The translations under genes and the position numbers were made by a program. A stretch of 58,094 nt of DNA, the filler included, from Platydemus manokwari (lineage: Eukaryota), in NCBI GenBank assembly GCA_037951405.1. It is 4 parts of 4 records of this genome, joined end to end, with 100 filler letters (N's around TTAATTAATTAA, not from the genome) between each part and the next. Parts side by side here need not be neighbours in the genome. Positions count along the whole stretch, not along the records: positions 34,477 to 46,247 come from JBBMOY010474443.1; positions 46,348 to 58,094 come from JBBMOY010485553.1; 2 more parts are not named here. One strand, 5' to 3'. Positions 39,001 through 52,639 of this stretch are shown here, in pieces. The notes below the pieces were generated by a model. The model had not been told where the DNA came from, ran no database searches, and was given only the letters and a program-made list of their open reading frames with translations. Position 1 is the first letter of the stretch. Each line of letters starts with the position of its first letter.

Positions 39001-41064
39001 TTATATTTTTCAATCAATGATCATAAAAATTTATATCGATATTATCATAAAATTTTTAAGGATTAAAAAAAGCAATTCACTGACAGACATATTAGCGCAA
39101 CAATTTCCCGAATAGAAACAAGTAAACACAACACTTGTCATTTGAATGATTTCTGTAGAAAATATTTAATTATGTCATTTATTTTCATTTAACACGTCTA
39201 TTCTCTCACTGGATCATGATATTTTCCATCTTTTGTCACGTAACGAAAATTCAATCAAATATAAAGAGACTTGTTAAAAATGTCAAACCATTTATCAAAG
39301 TAATTTCAGAGCTAGTTGATAAATATTTATTGTCAAATTATTTATCAAAAATAATTATAATCAAATATTGAATATTAAAAAAAAATTAATTATTAAATAA
39401 AAAAGAAGATAAAAAAATTAAAAATAGTACAAAAAACATTGAATATTTAAAAGCGGATCTAATAAAACGAAAAAGAAAATTTATAGCATTTACTAAAGCA
39501 AACAAATATTTTCTTTGTTCAATTCGTATGAAAAAGGAAATTAAAAATTTCGTGGATAAAAATTATGGAAATAATAATTCATAAAATAATAATCCACACT
39601 ACACAAATATTGTCAAAATTAAAACACCAAACCATTCTCGAACGATTTCTTTTTGGAAAATTAAATGTTTTCATGAAAATCTGTGTGAAGTAATGTCATG
39701 TCGAATAAATAAAACCAAAACAAAAAAAATCGAAGTACACTTGGTGGGTTATTTTATATATAAAGAGAAAGAGAGAAGGGATGGTGGAGATGGAGAGGGG
39801 AATAGAGAGAGAGGTGGAATGAAGGAGAAAAACATAATTCCATGGAAAAAGTCAATTATTGCAAAAAATTAAATTATAAATAAAATTTATTCAACTTAAA
39901 TTATTATTATTGAAATATAATTAAATATAATTAATATAAACTAATAATTATGAACTAATAATACAATAAAAGTTATTATGTAATAATTTACAATATCATC
40001 TTGTAATATTTAAATTTTATATCAATAAGTGGGATAAATTGAGAAAATAAAAAATTAATGATAAAATAAAATTTTCCAATTCATAAATCGAACAGATTCA
40101 ATCAATTTTCCCCAATTTCCAAAAGGAATATTTTCACAATCATCAATCATTCATCATTAATGGAATGTTGAGACACACACACATGCATATACACACATTA
40201 TCGATTGTGTGCAATATATCACACACACAGCTACACAATGCCAACTGTATTTATGGATATGTTTTGAAATTATTATTATTTTTATGGAAACATTACTCTA
40301 TTCGTAGAAATTCCCACACAAATTATTCAATTATTACCCATTCACGCATCCATATTATCCATATCATCGATTTTTATCAGTAATAAATATTAATTTAATC
40401 ATATATATCAACCAATTTAATTAATAAAAATTAATTATTAAAAACCAATTAATTATATAAAAAATTAATTTAAGAATATAATAATAATAAAATTGACTAA
40501 CCATATCCATATCAAGACTTGATTTATCATTCAATATTTTCACATCTAACGGAGTAGCACCGAGAGCATATTGGTTGATTTGCTGAGAACATACATTATG
40601 GTCAATATTATATATATAAATAGAATAGATCAATCGTAAATAAAAACAATGAATAAATCCTATTTCAATTGAAAAATGAAAGCAATTTTTCCCAAAAAAT
40701 AGTACATATGACTCATTCTGGAGTGTGTAGAGGTATATCGCTATTTATTTTATTGTTTATTTCTGGAATTTACAAATATCTTCATTAACTTAATTGCTAA
40801 AATTCTTAACAAACAATGATTTCCATACGATTTATTCAAAATATTATTTTTTACAAAAATCTCTCTTATCGAAATGTTTACATCAATATTATCAACAAAA
40901 TTTATTTTTTCAAAAATAAAAACCAATTAGAACCTCAATCCAAGAAAGTGCTTCTTCTTCTGTGCTGGTTGCAAACACCTTTGTAGGATGTGTGAGTTTG
41001 AAAACGAAATTCATTCCACAATCTTTCCAAGTCATAACTTTCCAAGAAACATCCACTTCCAAAA
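36043..41064 (-). CDS. PH-domain-containing protein (PH resembles CNK/IPCEF1- or FGD-type), partial; exons about 41064-40934, 40582-40502, 37116-36954, 36787-36443, 36200-36043
   Basis: KDCGMNFVFKLTHPTKVFATSTEEEALSWIE|QINQYALG is a PH C-terminal strand plus Trp helix split by a phase-0 intron. The following exons join with matching phases (0,1,1) and GT-AG ends into a Ser/Asn-rich region and a Cys/aromatic-rich segment. The 5' PH part is disrupted and the last exon ends at a donor with no stop. Confidence 0.7.
37920..38117. mobile_element. MITE of the Tc1/mariner superfamily (Tc2/pogo-like ends), 198 bp
   Basis: 21-bp TIRs ccgtatttttcggactataag / cttatagtccggaaaatacgg (1 mismatch), flanked by TA on both sides (37918-37919, 38118-38119), non-coding interior. 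Confidence 0.9.
39762..39832. repeat. Purine-rich (GA) low-complexity tract
   Basis: aaagagaaagagagaagggatggtggagatggagaggggaatagagagagaggtggaatgaaggagaaaa. Confidence 0.7.
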
Positions 41065-41480
41065 CTAATCAAGATACGCTTAAACAAATTGGATCGGATC
41101 TGAAATTGATCCTATATACCTCACGAAAAAAAATTGTAACAATTAATATAACGAAAACAAACAAGATTTAATATATTTAGATGTTTAAAACACAATTGAT
41201 TTATTGAAAATGTGCAATTGAAGAATCTCGTACTAGACTTGTTCAGGGTGTGATTCTTTAATTGATCCAATAGTTTTAATATAATATTTCTCATCCAACA
41301 TTTATGTTTGATATTTAGTTTCTTCCTTTTTATTGATATCATAAATCAATCGGATTTTTAAAAAATTTTCGACCATCAGAGGTGAAGTCAGTTGAAAATG
41401 ATTATACTCTGATATTTTAGACCAGGTTTGTTTAAGAACACTAGAATATGAGGAAGAAAGATGTTGGAGTTCTTTATGAT
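41065..41480 (-). pseudogene. Disrupted 5' part of the PH domain
   Basis: PH-like pieces SPLM / KLNIKHKCW / NYWI / LKNHTL / SDPICLSV occur in the right order but in different frames, with an in-frame TGA at 41071-41069. Confidence 0.4.
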
Positions 41481-41772
41481 ATTAAACTTCAAACTTTAAA
41501 TGATATCTTGAAAAACAAAGTGTAAATAATTAAAACAGGGGAAAAACCAATCCATGCATTTATGTTCATGTATTTATTTTCAAGAATGCTGGATATAATA
41601 TAAAACGAATTTACATATGGCTGAACCAATGTTTCATTTTTATAAAAAAAGGAGGAAATTATAAAATTAATTATATTTTTTAAATAATTGTTCCTTTAAC
41701 TTTTTAAGGAATAAAAATAACCGGGCTAATTTATTTTTTCTACGATATTATCAATAAAATCAATTTATTAAG

Positions 41773-41845
41773 AAATAAAAACCAATTAGTACCGCAATCC
41801 AAAGAAGTGCTTATTCTGTGCAGGCTGCAAAAAATTTTGTATCTT
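41773..41845 (-). pseudogene. Degenerate duplicate of the 3' end of the PH exon plus donor site
   Basis: Direct repeat of 40913-40985; translates TKFFAACTE*ALLWIA versus TKVFATSTEEEALSWIE. Confidence 0.75.
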
Positions 41846-42199
41846 CTACTTTGAGTAATGCACATAAATTCAAATTTTTTAAATTAAAAATATTTAAAAT
41901 AATTACTAAAATTAATATATAATGGTTTATAAAAACAAACGAAATTTTTTAAATAATTTTGATTTAAATAAAAAATAGTTTTAAAAATTAATTTTTAAAA
42001 ACATAATAGTTACTTCAAATTTACTAGGAAGATAAATTAGTTTTTTGAGGAAATTTTGAAATTTTCTAAACATAATTAGAAAAAACAAAAGAACAAGAAT
42101 CTATTTAAGAAAATGATTAATTGGTTAGTCGTGATAAATCACGGCTTATAACATAAATTCTCTCTTGAGATTGAACCTATTATCACATTTCTCTTGGTT

Positions 42200-45100
42200 A
42201 CGTCCATTAATTAAGTGCAAAGCTATCGTCCTCAGAGTCAGGGTCCAACTATAAATAGTCTTCATCCCTTGTTTTCGTTGATTTGGGACAATATGAGTTT
42301 ATTTTGCCAGTGTGGAACTGCCATTGGAGGTAAGACGCATTGATATTTGACTTTATGGATTTTATCTCTAGTTTGTGGGTAATTTGCTGGCTAAGTCCCA
42401 ATTTTCGTAGAATTCCATCATTTGACTTCACCCATGTTCCGAGCACAACCACGATCAAAGTGTGAAGTTCGACCGTGAATTTTGGCTTATTCTTTTCGAC
42501 CTTTTTTTGGGATTATCGTACTTGGCAAGGTTTTATTGATTTGTCTCATCAATTAGCCTTGGCTCATTTAGGGGGCATTTGATGTCAATTAACATGATGG
42601 TATATTTTCTGTCATTCACCAGTAAGTCGACTCGAAGGTTGGAGTTGGCAAATTGGCATTTCTGATTTATAAAGATTGTGCCTAAAAGTTACAAACGAGT
42701 TAGATGGTTTACACATTGTGAAAATGTGTGTCTGTGATTACGTTGGGTCCAGACATTTACAGCACGCCATCCCGTCCATGTACCTTTTATTCAAAGTCGA
42801 TAAGGTATCAGTTTTGGCCTTATTGATAAATCCAGACTCTGCAATGATTGAGTGGCCATAGAATACTGTCTTGATCCACATAGGGCTAACCGTACCACAT
42901 AAGGTATTGCATCTTTTGCTTCTGATTTGTTTATCCCATTGGATTTGATACGATTGAATGAAACATCGTCGAAGAAGTTTCGGAGCTTGTTCAATATTTT
43001 TTGGTTCCACTGTCGCTGCTTTTGTAGAACTAAGACTATTGGAGCTGATATTTTGATCGATTCTGAGCATGAGGGCACCATTTATTGTCTCAAAGCGAAC
43101 AATTGTGTGGAGTTCATTCGCTGCATATTTGATGGCCTCACGGACTTTGCCCTACCAAGCTTTGCTTCTGCGTGTTCCAGAAATATGTGAGTTCATCCAA
43201 TTGAGAGCGTCGTTGATATCATTCACCTCTATTTCGGTTTTGACTGATTGGTATAGAGAGTGCACCCCTGTCAGTCTGATTACATCATGCTTGCTCATGA
43301 GAAGATAGTGGGCATGAATGATTGATTGAATTGTATAACCTTATGTCATATGGCGTAAACTGCATCCCCAATTGGCTTTGGAGGCATATAGGTAATTTGT
43401 ACTGCAATATTTTTGTACACCCAATATTGACTTCAGGTATTTTCTAATCATAATGTCTAATTCGTTGAGTTTTGTATGGGCGATATAATAATTTCTCAGG
43501 AAGAAAGCAAATTTCGTATAGATGAACAGTTCAAATGCTCTGAGTTTCTGTCATGGAAGCAGAATTGAATTTCTGAGCATTTCCATCGTAGTTTTTAGAT
43601 CGTTGAATAGATTTTCTGTGGAATTGTGTAATATCAGTGAAAAGTTAACACCCAAATACCGATAATGGTTGTCCATAATGATTATTGGAATTGGTTTATT
43701 GTTCACTTCTAAGTTATCTAACCTAGAACCTTCTCTTTCATTGTGTTGGTATCTGCATTTTGATGGTTTGAACTTGAATCGGATTAAGATTGTTGATCAT
43801 TGACTGTACACTATTGGCGTCCCTACCAATCAGCGCAAGGTCATCAGCACATGCAAGGGAAGAAATTTTATTATTAGCCAATAATAATCCACCCAATCGG
43901 TTTTGATCCATCTTTATAAAAATTGGGTTCATTGAAATGTTGAATAAAAACATTGATATTGGCCAACCTTCACAAATCCCACGTTTCATTTCGATCGGAC
44001 ACGTCTCATAATCTCCACACTTGAAAGTAGTCCAGTTGTATAGGCATTTGACCATATTTATTGCATTTTCATCCAAACCCATATATTCCAATATCTCTGT
44101 TATTGCTGTGATGTTTATCGATGGAAAAGCCTCCTCAATGTCCATAAATGAGATGTGAATGTCATCTCTTCCTTCCCTTGAGTATTTTTTAACAGAGCTC
44201 GAAGAATAAAGTTGTGCTCCGCGCACCCATCAGTTGGTCCCAGATTCTTTTGCAATGGATGAACTACGTTGTTCTCATCTATCCAACTCAGAAGTTGTTG
44301 GCATATGATTGTTGTTAGTATTTTGTAAAATTAATCGAGGAGTGCGATCGGTCTCCATGATCCGACTCTGTCAAATTCACCCTCTTTCATAGGTTTGTGG
44401 ATCATGATCGTAGAATATGTTTTCCATTCTTCAGGAATTTCTTTTAGCTCCATGCACTTGTCAAATAGTAATTTCAATAATTCACAGTTTGGTTCGAAAT
44501 AAGATATATTCTTGTATCCGATAATGTTCCTTCCCAGATCTGTTGGATCCTTTTGACGTAAGGTTTTATAGATTGTTTCAATTTCGATGGTTTAAAATTA
44601 GAAATTAGGACCTCTCTTTTCAGCTCACAGAATTCATGGCATTGCTTCACACAAGGTCTAATACATTCTAGTAATTTCAGTGGATCGACTTGTTTGTTTC
44701 TGTAATGTGTTTCGAAGTCTTCCTTTCTGGCCAAGTATTTGCATGAGTAGATTTGGTAATTATTCCAAAAGCAGGTGATGGAGCGATATTGAACAGATTT
44801 CGAAGTTTGATGTCTGTTTTCGGCTTATAATCTCGCTCCTGGCTAGTACAATCATATGCTTATCTGTGAACAGTAAGTGGTCATCTTGGTATTTGGTGAT
44901 TTGCATCTGTTCTGAATGACCTCCTCCAACATTTCTTGATTTACTCCAGTCTTTCTCAGTTTCTGATATAACCTCGATTCAAATGTCTATGGCATTGATT
45001 TCATTGATTGTTCGCAAGATTTACTGCATAACCACATACCAAGGGTCCACAGTCAACATTGTTGTTCTGACATTGTCTTGGCTGGTAATTATGAGTGTGA

Positions 45101-46140
45101 GACTTTAAATCAAAAACAACACGAATTGATTGGCACTAAGGGGTCATATTCTGAAGTGCCGGTTTCACGCTCATTGCGATTCCATCAATTATTTTCGAAA
45201 TCAATTAGCAACTAGCTTTTATTCGGAAAGACATTGGCCTTTCTTCCTTTGATTGGACTTAGTGGGGTCCTAATTGAAGTTGACATTCTTATCCTTTGAC
45301 TTGGACTGGCAAATAGTTTGCTAAACTTTCTGCTTCTCCTTGTATTCGTTGAGAAGTCAATACTTTCGATGCTTTGATTTGGTGGTTTCTCTCCCTCGGT
45401 AATTGGAATATTGGAGTTGTTTGGTATTTTTGAGATTTCATTAGTGGAGTTTGACTTGTCCAATTTGTCAATATCAACATCATTACCTGGATTTACTGTC
45501 TTATCGGGTTTGTTCGTGTTGTCTTCCTTTTCCTCAGATTCTTTAGTAGATACAATGTTCTTCATTTTTCGTTGCCTTTTCATCATCGTTTCTTTTAAGG
45601 CTCTTGAATCAATAACCTGAATTTGAGTAATTGCCACATGTTTGGCTTGGGATATTCACAATTATTACATTTTATTTGGATATTAATTGTATTACTGTTT
45701 TTGTCCAAATTCATTGATAGAGATTTATTTGGGATCTCCTTTTCTTTGCTCTCAATCTGTCTTTTTGTGTTTACGTTTCTTGAATCTGATTTCTAGAAAG
45801 CCATCATCATCAATAAGAATGGGTCTAATGTTCTATTTAATATTTCTTTGATAATATTCATTCAATTTTTTATTGAATTTCGTTGCGTCAGCGTATGACC
45901 TGGGTTTGGATTTTTTCCTTGATCGTCACCTCGATTTGTTATATCTTGATTTTAACCTTCCCTGCCTTTGTGAGTACTCTTTTACGATCTTTGCCAAGTC
46001 TGCCAATATTTGATCTGCCACTTTCCGGACATTTCTGAGAATTTCAAAATTTTGATCTTTTTGAGCTTTCGGACCTTGTTTTTTGGATCTCAGATTGCTT
46101 TTATATGAGTGTTGGGGTTCTGGCCAACCATTTACTTAAA
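42200..46140 (-). mobile_element. Decayed RLE-type non-LTR retrotransposon, NeSL/R5-like (Ulp1-like protease - RT - zinc knuckle - restriction-like endonuclease)
   Basis: QNNNVDCGPLVCGYA (45082-45010, C48-protease-like catalytic Cys motif). RT motifs IPEEWK..SWRPIALL, GCAEHNFIL, FMDIEEAFPSI, RGICEGWPISMFLFN, ACADDLAL. HIFTMCK..RHN knuckle, LRVDLLV..IMLIDIKCP endonuclease, IVVVLGTW..N..LRKLG tail. Numerous stops and frameshifts. Confidence 0.92.
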
Positions 46141-46247
46141 ACAATTAATTTACGTTGAAAAAAATATTTCTATAACATTTGCATGCCAGTACGTATAAAA
46201 TGCGTATTAATTTTTATTGTATTAATTTTTATTTAATTTTGCATGTA

Positions 46248-46347
46248 NNNNNNNNNNNNNNNNNNNNNNNNNNNNNNNNNNNNNNNNNNNNTTAATTAAT
46301 TAANNNNNNNNNNNNNNNNNNNNNNNNNNNNNNNNNNNNNNNNNNNN
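46248..46347. other. Scaffold gap with artificial linker N44-TTAATTAATTAA-N44
   Basis: Same 100-bp structure; a separate 10-N gap lies at 47164-47173. Confidence 0.97.
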
Positions 46348-47819
46348 AGGCATTAGTGATGAGGAAAATTTGACACTAGAGGAATAAATTGATGATGATG
46401 ATGATTCAAGGCAATTAAAAAAAATTATCTTTGCGACAAATTTTCTGGTTTGTTCTGCACCATTTCTGGTGTATGTCGGAGGCTTGTCGATGGGACATGG
46501 AATAAAGGCCAACTTGCCCAAATGCAGAGACTAAATCATTAATTATGTTCCATCAAAATTAAAAAAATAACATATTTAAAAAAGTAAAAACTAAAAAAAT
46601 AATTAGACCAACAAATATACTACTGACATTAAAACCAACAAACGTGTTTCACTTTCATATAGGTTTTGATTAAAGTAGTTGATTTAACCTTTTTTATCTT
46701 TATTATCCCAGAGATTTAAGGTGTTACCAACAAAAATTACTCAAAGACTACAAAATATAATTCAAATTTTCATATATTATTTATCATTATAATAACTTAA
46801 TTTAACCATCGAACACATGATCGAAAATACCTAAATGAGTTAAGTTATTGAATTATAGATTCGAGATCCTATCCAATACTGATGAGTAAAAAGTAATGAG
46901 AAATCGATATATTTAAAAGTATGATCAATAATTTGTATTAAAGTAAATCATAAATTAATAAACAAAAATAATCAATTATACTAATAACAAAACTTCTACT
47001 TTCAAAGTAATGTGAAATATTTTACAAGCTCGAGCTTAATATTGAAAAAAACAATTTTCTTAATTTAAGACAACTATTCCATTAATTTCAAAATGGATTC
47101 TTCAAAAAATATTTTAAATAATCGCATATTTAATAGGTTGTAAATAATTCATATCTTACTAACNNNNNNNNNNCTAACTTTGGAATAAAATTTTCTAAAG
47201 TACCAAGGGAATAATAAAATATTTTAAGTGAAAGAATAATAGACAAAAATGAATAATAAATAACCGATTAAAATTAATATTACTTATATAAAGACAAAGA
47301 GATAAACGCAACAAATAAAATTATAAATATTAACAGTAATAAAATATACAACCAATCCATTGTTATTTGAACCAAAGAATACGATGAATGCATAAAATAA
47401 AAAATAAATTAATTGGATAATAAAATAATACAGCCAATAGGATAAAAATTCAGTAAGTCGGAATTCAAAAGATCATTATCATTAAATGTAATTCCTTAGC
47501 TGGAAACCATACACAGTAGCAAAAATAAAATCATTATCAATTCCGATAGAATTCATCACACTCAAAAAATAAATGAATGAATGGAATCCTGATAACTAAT
47601 AGCAAGATAGATAAAAATTAATTGATTACGCTTATAATTACTGAATATGTATTTTAAAGAAATGCCAAGTTATCAATTGGTAGAAATCGAATTTACGACC
47701 CACATACAGAGTCCCCTAATTAAAGTAAATGTCATTTGTTAAGTTTATTAATCATTTAAAATCCATATTTTTCCAAGTTACCAATGCGACGAAGGTGCGT
47801 TTAGATCGAAAAGCTTATA

Positions 47820-48790
47820 CGGAAGTTATTGACTATAAATTATGTTGTATTCTGGGTATATTTTGAAGCCATGATAATTTTTTTCTCGCTCTTTCGTCGC
47901 CACATAGGATCCAACCTTCCGGCTGCCCCTCTGATCTTGGCTTTGCTGATAAAGTTAGACTGATTATCAAATCCATTGTTGATGTTGGCAAGCTTCAGTC
48001 TATCAATATCTCGTTTATCTATGCCCCTTCGAAGCTTTGGGTCCTTGGTATTGTAACTGCTGATGATGATTATTGCATTCAGAACTTCGTCGTCGCCTTT
48101 CACTTCCTGACCAGTACGGACCAAGTATTTCGTGCCTTTGCTATCAAGGAACGTCTTCATGTTTGCAATTATAGGTTTGCCTCTTTTCATTCTAATGACC
48201 TTACACGTAGCTGACAAATTCATCCCTTCATGGAGTCCACCCCTCAGATCCCAACGTTCTATTCTTTATATATGTGCATAATTCTTTTTATGATTTTGTG
48301 TTGTGGGCTATCCAATTTGCCCGTTTGGGTTACTTTTTATGGTATTTATTTTTTTATGTGTATAAAAGTAATTTATAAGGTTAAGCTATAGGGTTTAGTG
48401 GCCATTGTATATATTGTGTTGACTTTTGATTCTTTTTTATCTTTTTATTGACTCAGTGTGTTGTTGCGCACTGACTTTTTATGAGGCAGTTCTTTATTTT
48501 TTTACAACAGGCTATAGGTTTTTATATTTTGTATTGACATTTTTATTTACTTTGTCCCAGAGGTTTTCTTAAGAGTGCCTTTCCTCCCGTGCGCATTGTG
48601 TTCAGGTTGCTTTTCGACTATGTCGCCGCATTCTCCCTTCTGGTTTGAAATAGTCAAACGTGCTCAAGGACGCAACTGCTAGCCTTGGCACTCGGACCTC
48701 ATTGCTCTCTGCTCTATTGACGCGAGTGAGCGGATGTTGATGTTTCATTGGAGATTCGCCCCATCGGCGATGAAAATTACATTTAACCTT
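47820..48790 (-). mobile_element. Unclassified GC-elevated fragment with a 127-aa ORF, probably TE-derived
   Basis: Two GC-richer blocks (47840-48260, 48550-48780) against an AT background; basic ORF preceded in frame by DLRGG; no recognisable domain or splice structure. Confidence 0.3.
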
Positions 48791-51700
48791 AACATTATAC
48801 TTGTGATTCTCAATTTTCTCAACAAACTTGAAAAAAAATTGTGATCTGTTTCAACTTTCAATATTTTTATAATAAGACAGTTAATTATCACGAACGAATC
48901 ATAAACCAAAATCATGAAATTCAAAAAGGCATAATAATTATTAATCAATACAACCATAAGTATAATTACACTTATGATAAATCACGCCCATTTCCTTCCA
49001 ATTATAAACATAATGAAATTTTTAATGGAGTTGACCAGATTAACTTTATTACTGGTATCCCTGGACAGCATGTAAATACATCTGACCCTAACCAATATCC
49101 AATCCCAGTATCCAACTTCTACTACTACTCCGTTTAATAACTCATTACAGTTTAATAATGATTATTTAGGTTCAAATTATTCTAATTACTTTAACTATAA
49201 TCAAAAAAGTAAAACGAATAATGTTCTAAATAACAAGTTTAAGATTCCGAATTATAATTTTTCGAACTTAAGTAACTCTGACTACCATAATTTACAATAT
49301 ACATAGATCAATACCCGGAATACGTGTAGAAGGATCCATGATAATGGCAGTACAAAATTATTATCCATAATTACATTTCTAAATTACCAATATAATGAAG
49401 TTTATAATTAACATAAAAATTAATTGTTCTTATTACATTATCATTACAAACATTATATCTAAAAATTATTAACTACTTAATACATCATATTTGGTATAAC
49501 TGTCATAATGTTTCATAAAACTTCCAATGCTAGAAATCAAATATCAATAATTAATATTAAAGTAGTACTTTTTACAGATCAGAATAAATTAAACCAGCCT
49601 AAGACAATAATTAATTTAGGTCAAATTAAATTTGTAATTTCACATGTGATGACATTGTACTATTATATCTCCAAAAATAAATAATTCGATATTTTGAAAC
49701 AAAAAGAAATTAATATAAATTTAATTAATGGTGAATACTTTGACAAGCAGTGTAGCTGTAAAGAAATGTATTTTATCAACTAAAATGCTTTTTAACATAG
49801 AAAAGTCATCCAAGTAAGTTTATCTCAAAGACCTGAGTTTTGGGAAAACAAAAATAAAAATCAATAATTAATTTTTGGTAGATTGATACTCTACTCAGGC
49901 CACGAAGCAAAAGAACAAATAAATAAGATGGTCATCTAATACTAGCGTTCTCCGCAATTTAATTTAATAACCTTTTAATAAAGAATTTGATTGAGCTGAA
50001 TTACATATTTTATTTGAAAATTTATAAAATAATTTTTGTTCATGAAAAATGAAGTCAATTTAATATCATTAAAATTAAAAACATTTATTATAAAATATTA
50101 AAAATCATTCAAATAAGATGGATTGGTCAATAGCAATAAAATATTTGAAACAATCGTATGTTTGCCATGTTTTAAATGATGTAGGCATTGGTATAAATTA
50201 AAATCATATTGTAGAAATAATAAAATTAAATTAAGGTTTCAAAACGATTATTAAAATTAATAATTATATTCACTTTATCGTCAACAATAATTTCCAATCT
50301 TACAGTACCGACAGCTATCGAATGAGTTTAAAAGAGCAAATATATCAAAAGTTTGTTTTACCAGAACATGAATATACAAAATAGAAAAAGATTTTCAGTT
50401 TAAAATCATTCTTATAGAAACCGTGAATGACATGTACATTTAAAATTTTTATGATTAAACTCCAAATGGAACTATAAATTTTATCGATATCTAGAAAAGT
50501 GATTATCATATCTTATCAAATATCAGATGACACCAAATTCGAAATGCAAACGAATAATTATATTCTAAACTTGTAAGTTTCAAAGATGATGCATATGATA
50601 ATTTGAGATATAAACAACATGTGAAAAAACGAATTTTAAAATCTAGTTTATTTAATAAGGTAATTAAATATTATTTTAATTTCAAGAGAACGAATAAAAT
50701 TATCAAAAAAAGTAAGATACCACTACAAAGCATTTATTTCCAAACATTGAAAGTTCCAAAATAATTTAAAACTTTCTTTAATACACTGTTTAATAGAATT
50801 TTTATATTACGACGGACAGCGATACAATTAATTGTTTATATTCTGTGATCAATTATTAATTTTCATGTTCGACATATTTGTTGGCATAAATTAAATGATA
50901 AGTTAAAATAAATTGTATTTGTGCTGAATTGAGATGAATTTATCGAAGTTGCATGTTTAAAAATTCAGATTAGAAACGAATCAGAAATGAAGTTATCAAC
51001 AGTAGACAATTATAAAACTACAATCGGGATTATATGTTAACTACGTTGAAGATATCATCAAGTCAAAGTCTCTACGACCAAAACAGGTTATTTAAAAATT
51101 ATATAATATCTCATTGCAATAAATATTTGATAAAAATTACATTCAATTATGGCCGATGACAAGATTTTATAAATGCTTGCCACAATGAAAACATTCAAAT
51201 TCATCTAATTAGTATTAATAATTTACAGTGAATGTAATATGTTATAATTATTTTAGGATTTAATATAAGACATTTGTAAACATTTTTTCGATTCGTTTAG
51301 TTAGATAAAAATTATAAGATGAATAGTGTCTACAAGCACAAGACTTTTAAATGAAACTAATAAAACCATAAATAACAAAGTATCAAACTATTCGAATGAA
51401 TTTCAATGAAAGGACATAATAAGGAGAAAATAACAAAATGATGAGGCAAATATGCCTAATTTTCAAAATATCATTACAAACCCATGTATGATATCATTAC
51501 AACAAATTTCGGTTCATATTATAAAAAATTTAATTAGTTTTTTGAATTGGATCAAATAATTTTAGTTGAAGAATACGTTGGAATCCCTACGCAATAATAC
51601 ATAAATCATTTTTACATAATGAGAAATATATATAGCACGCAAAATAAAGCCTTTGACTTTGACACACCAGTCGAATCCTAATCATCAACCAAATCCAAAT

Positions 51701-52639
51701 GCTCAATCCAATACTCAATCTAATCCAACATTGACTTGATATTTGAAACATTAAATTGACTTAATATTTGCAACATTAATCTGATAGCTACAGCATTAAT
51801 TTGATTATATCCTTTCGTTGTGTACTTTATATTATTTGTAAATTAATTTATTAACTTTGTAATAATCCTTATAAATTTTTACGTTGATTAATTTATGTAA
51901 TGTAGCGAAGAGGGGGAAGAGAAAGTGGCAAATTATAAATAATAATAAAATAACAAGAAATAATGACTATATTTAATAATTGAAGAAATAAAGAATAATA
52001 CTGATATCTAATAAGCATTAATAAATAAATAATTTATAATAAATAATAAAATATTAATAAAAGTGCATTATAATCGAAAATATTCGAAGAATGTTGACAA
52101 ATGCAAATTAAGTAGTCAACGGTAACAATGTTATCAAAAATAGAAGGCGGAGGCCGATACAGCAAGGTATAAATACCAAGGTGAAAACAAAGCCGAGGGC
52201 CACAATAACCACAACTATTACGATAACCACAATTGTAACAATTTGAGATAAACAATCAGAAGAATCTTATATTAAATTGAGCGGATTTGCAGATAGAAAA
52301 GACAAATTCTTACAAGGATCTATTTTTGTTCGTTACTAGGATTAACTTTTATATTGGAGTAAGCAGTATTTTATTTTCATTATAATTTTTCATACAAGTA
52401 ATCATTAAGTAAAAAAAGATCATTGTTGAGTATCATAGCGAAGGACTCAGTCATCAATTGATTAATGCCTTCAGATAATACTAATTTTTATTTTACCAAT
52501 AGCGAGGTCTTCATACCGGTTATTGAAGCCCCTTAAGAATCAATCAAAATACCAACCCATCTAAATTTATTTAACAAATATTACAAATTATAAATTGAAT
52601 TTATGAAGTCCCATCTTAAAAGGTAATCATAATAGCTTA

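Noticed and set aside
41069-41071. In-frame TGA in the PH exon as selenocysteine or alternative genetic code
   Set aside because: TGA is the normal stop for SMG1, the TRAF gene and the nicotinamidase here, and frameshifts accompany it, so decay or error is simpler
42927-45620. Plus-strand ORFs over the retrotransposon
   Set aside because: Antisense to the decayed minus-strand polyprotein
46870-46910. CTGATGA...GAAA resembling a hammerhead ribozyme core
   Set aside because: The intervening sequence cannot form stem II and no stem I/III pairing was found; other CTGANGA sites inspected also failed
48841-52255. Short Asn/Tyr/Ile-rich ORFs (48841-49137, 52034-52255)
   Set aside because: Compositionally biased with no motifs; likely non-coding or unrecognisable TE debris
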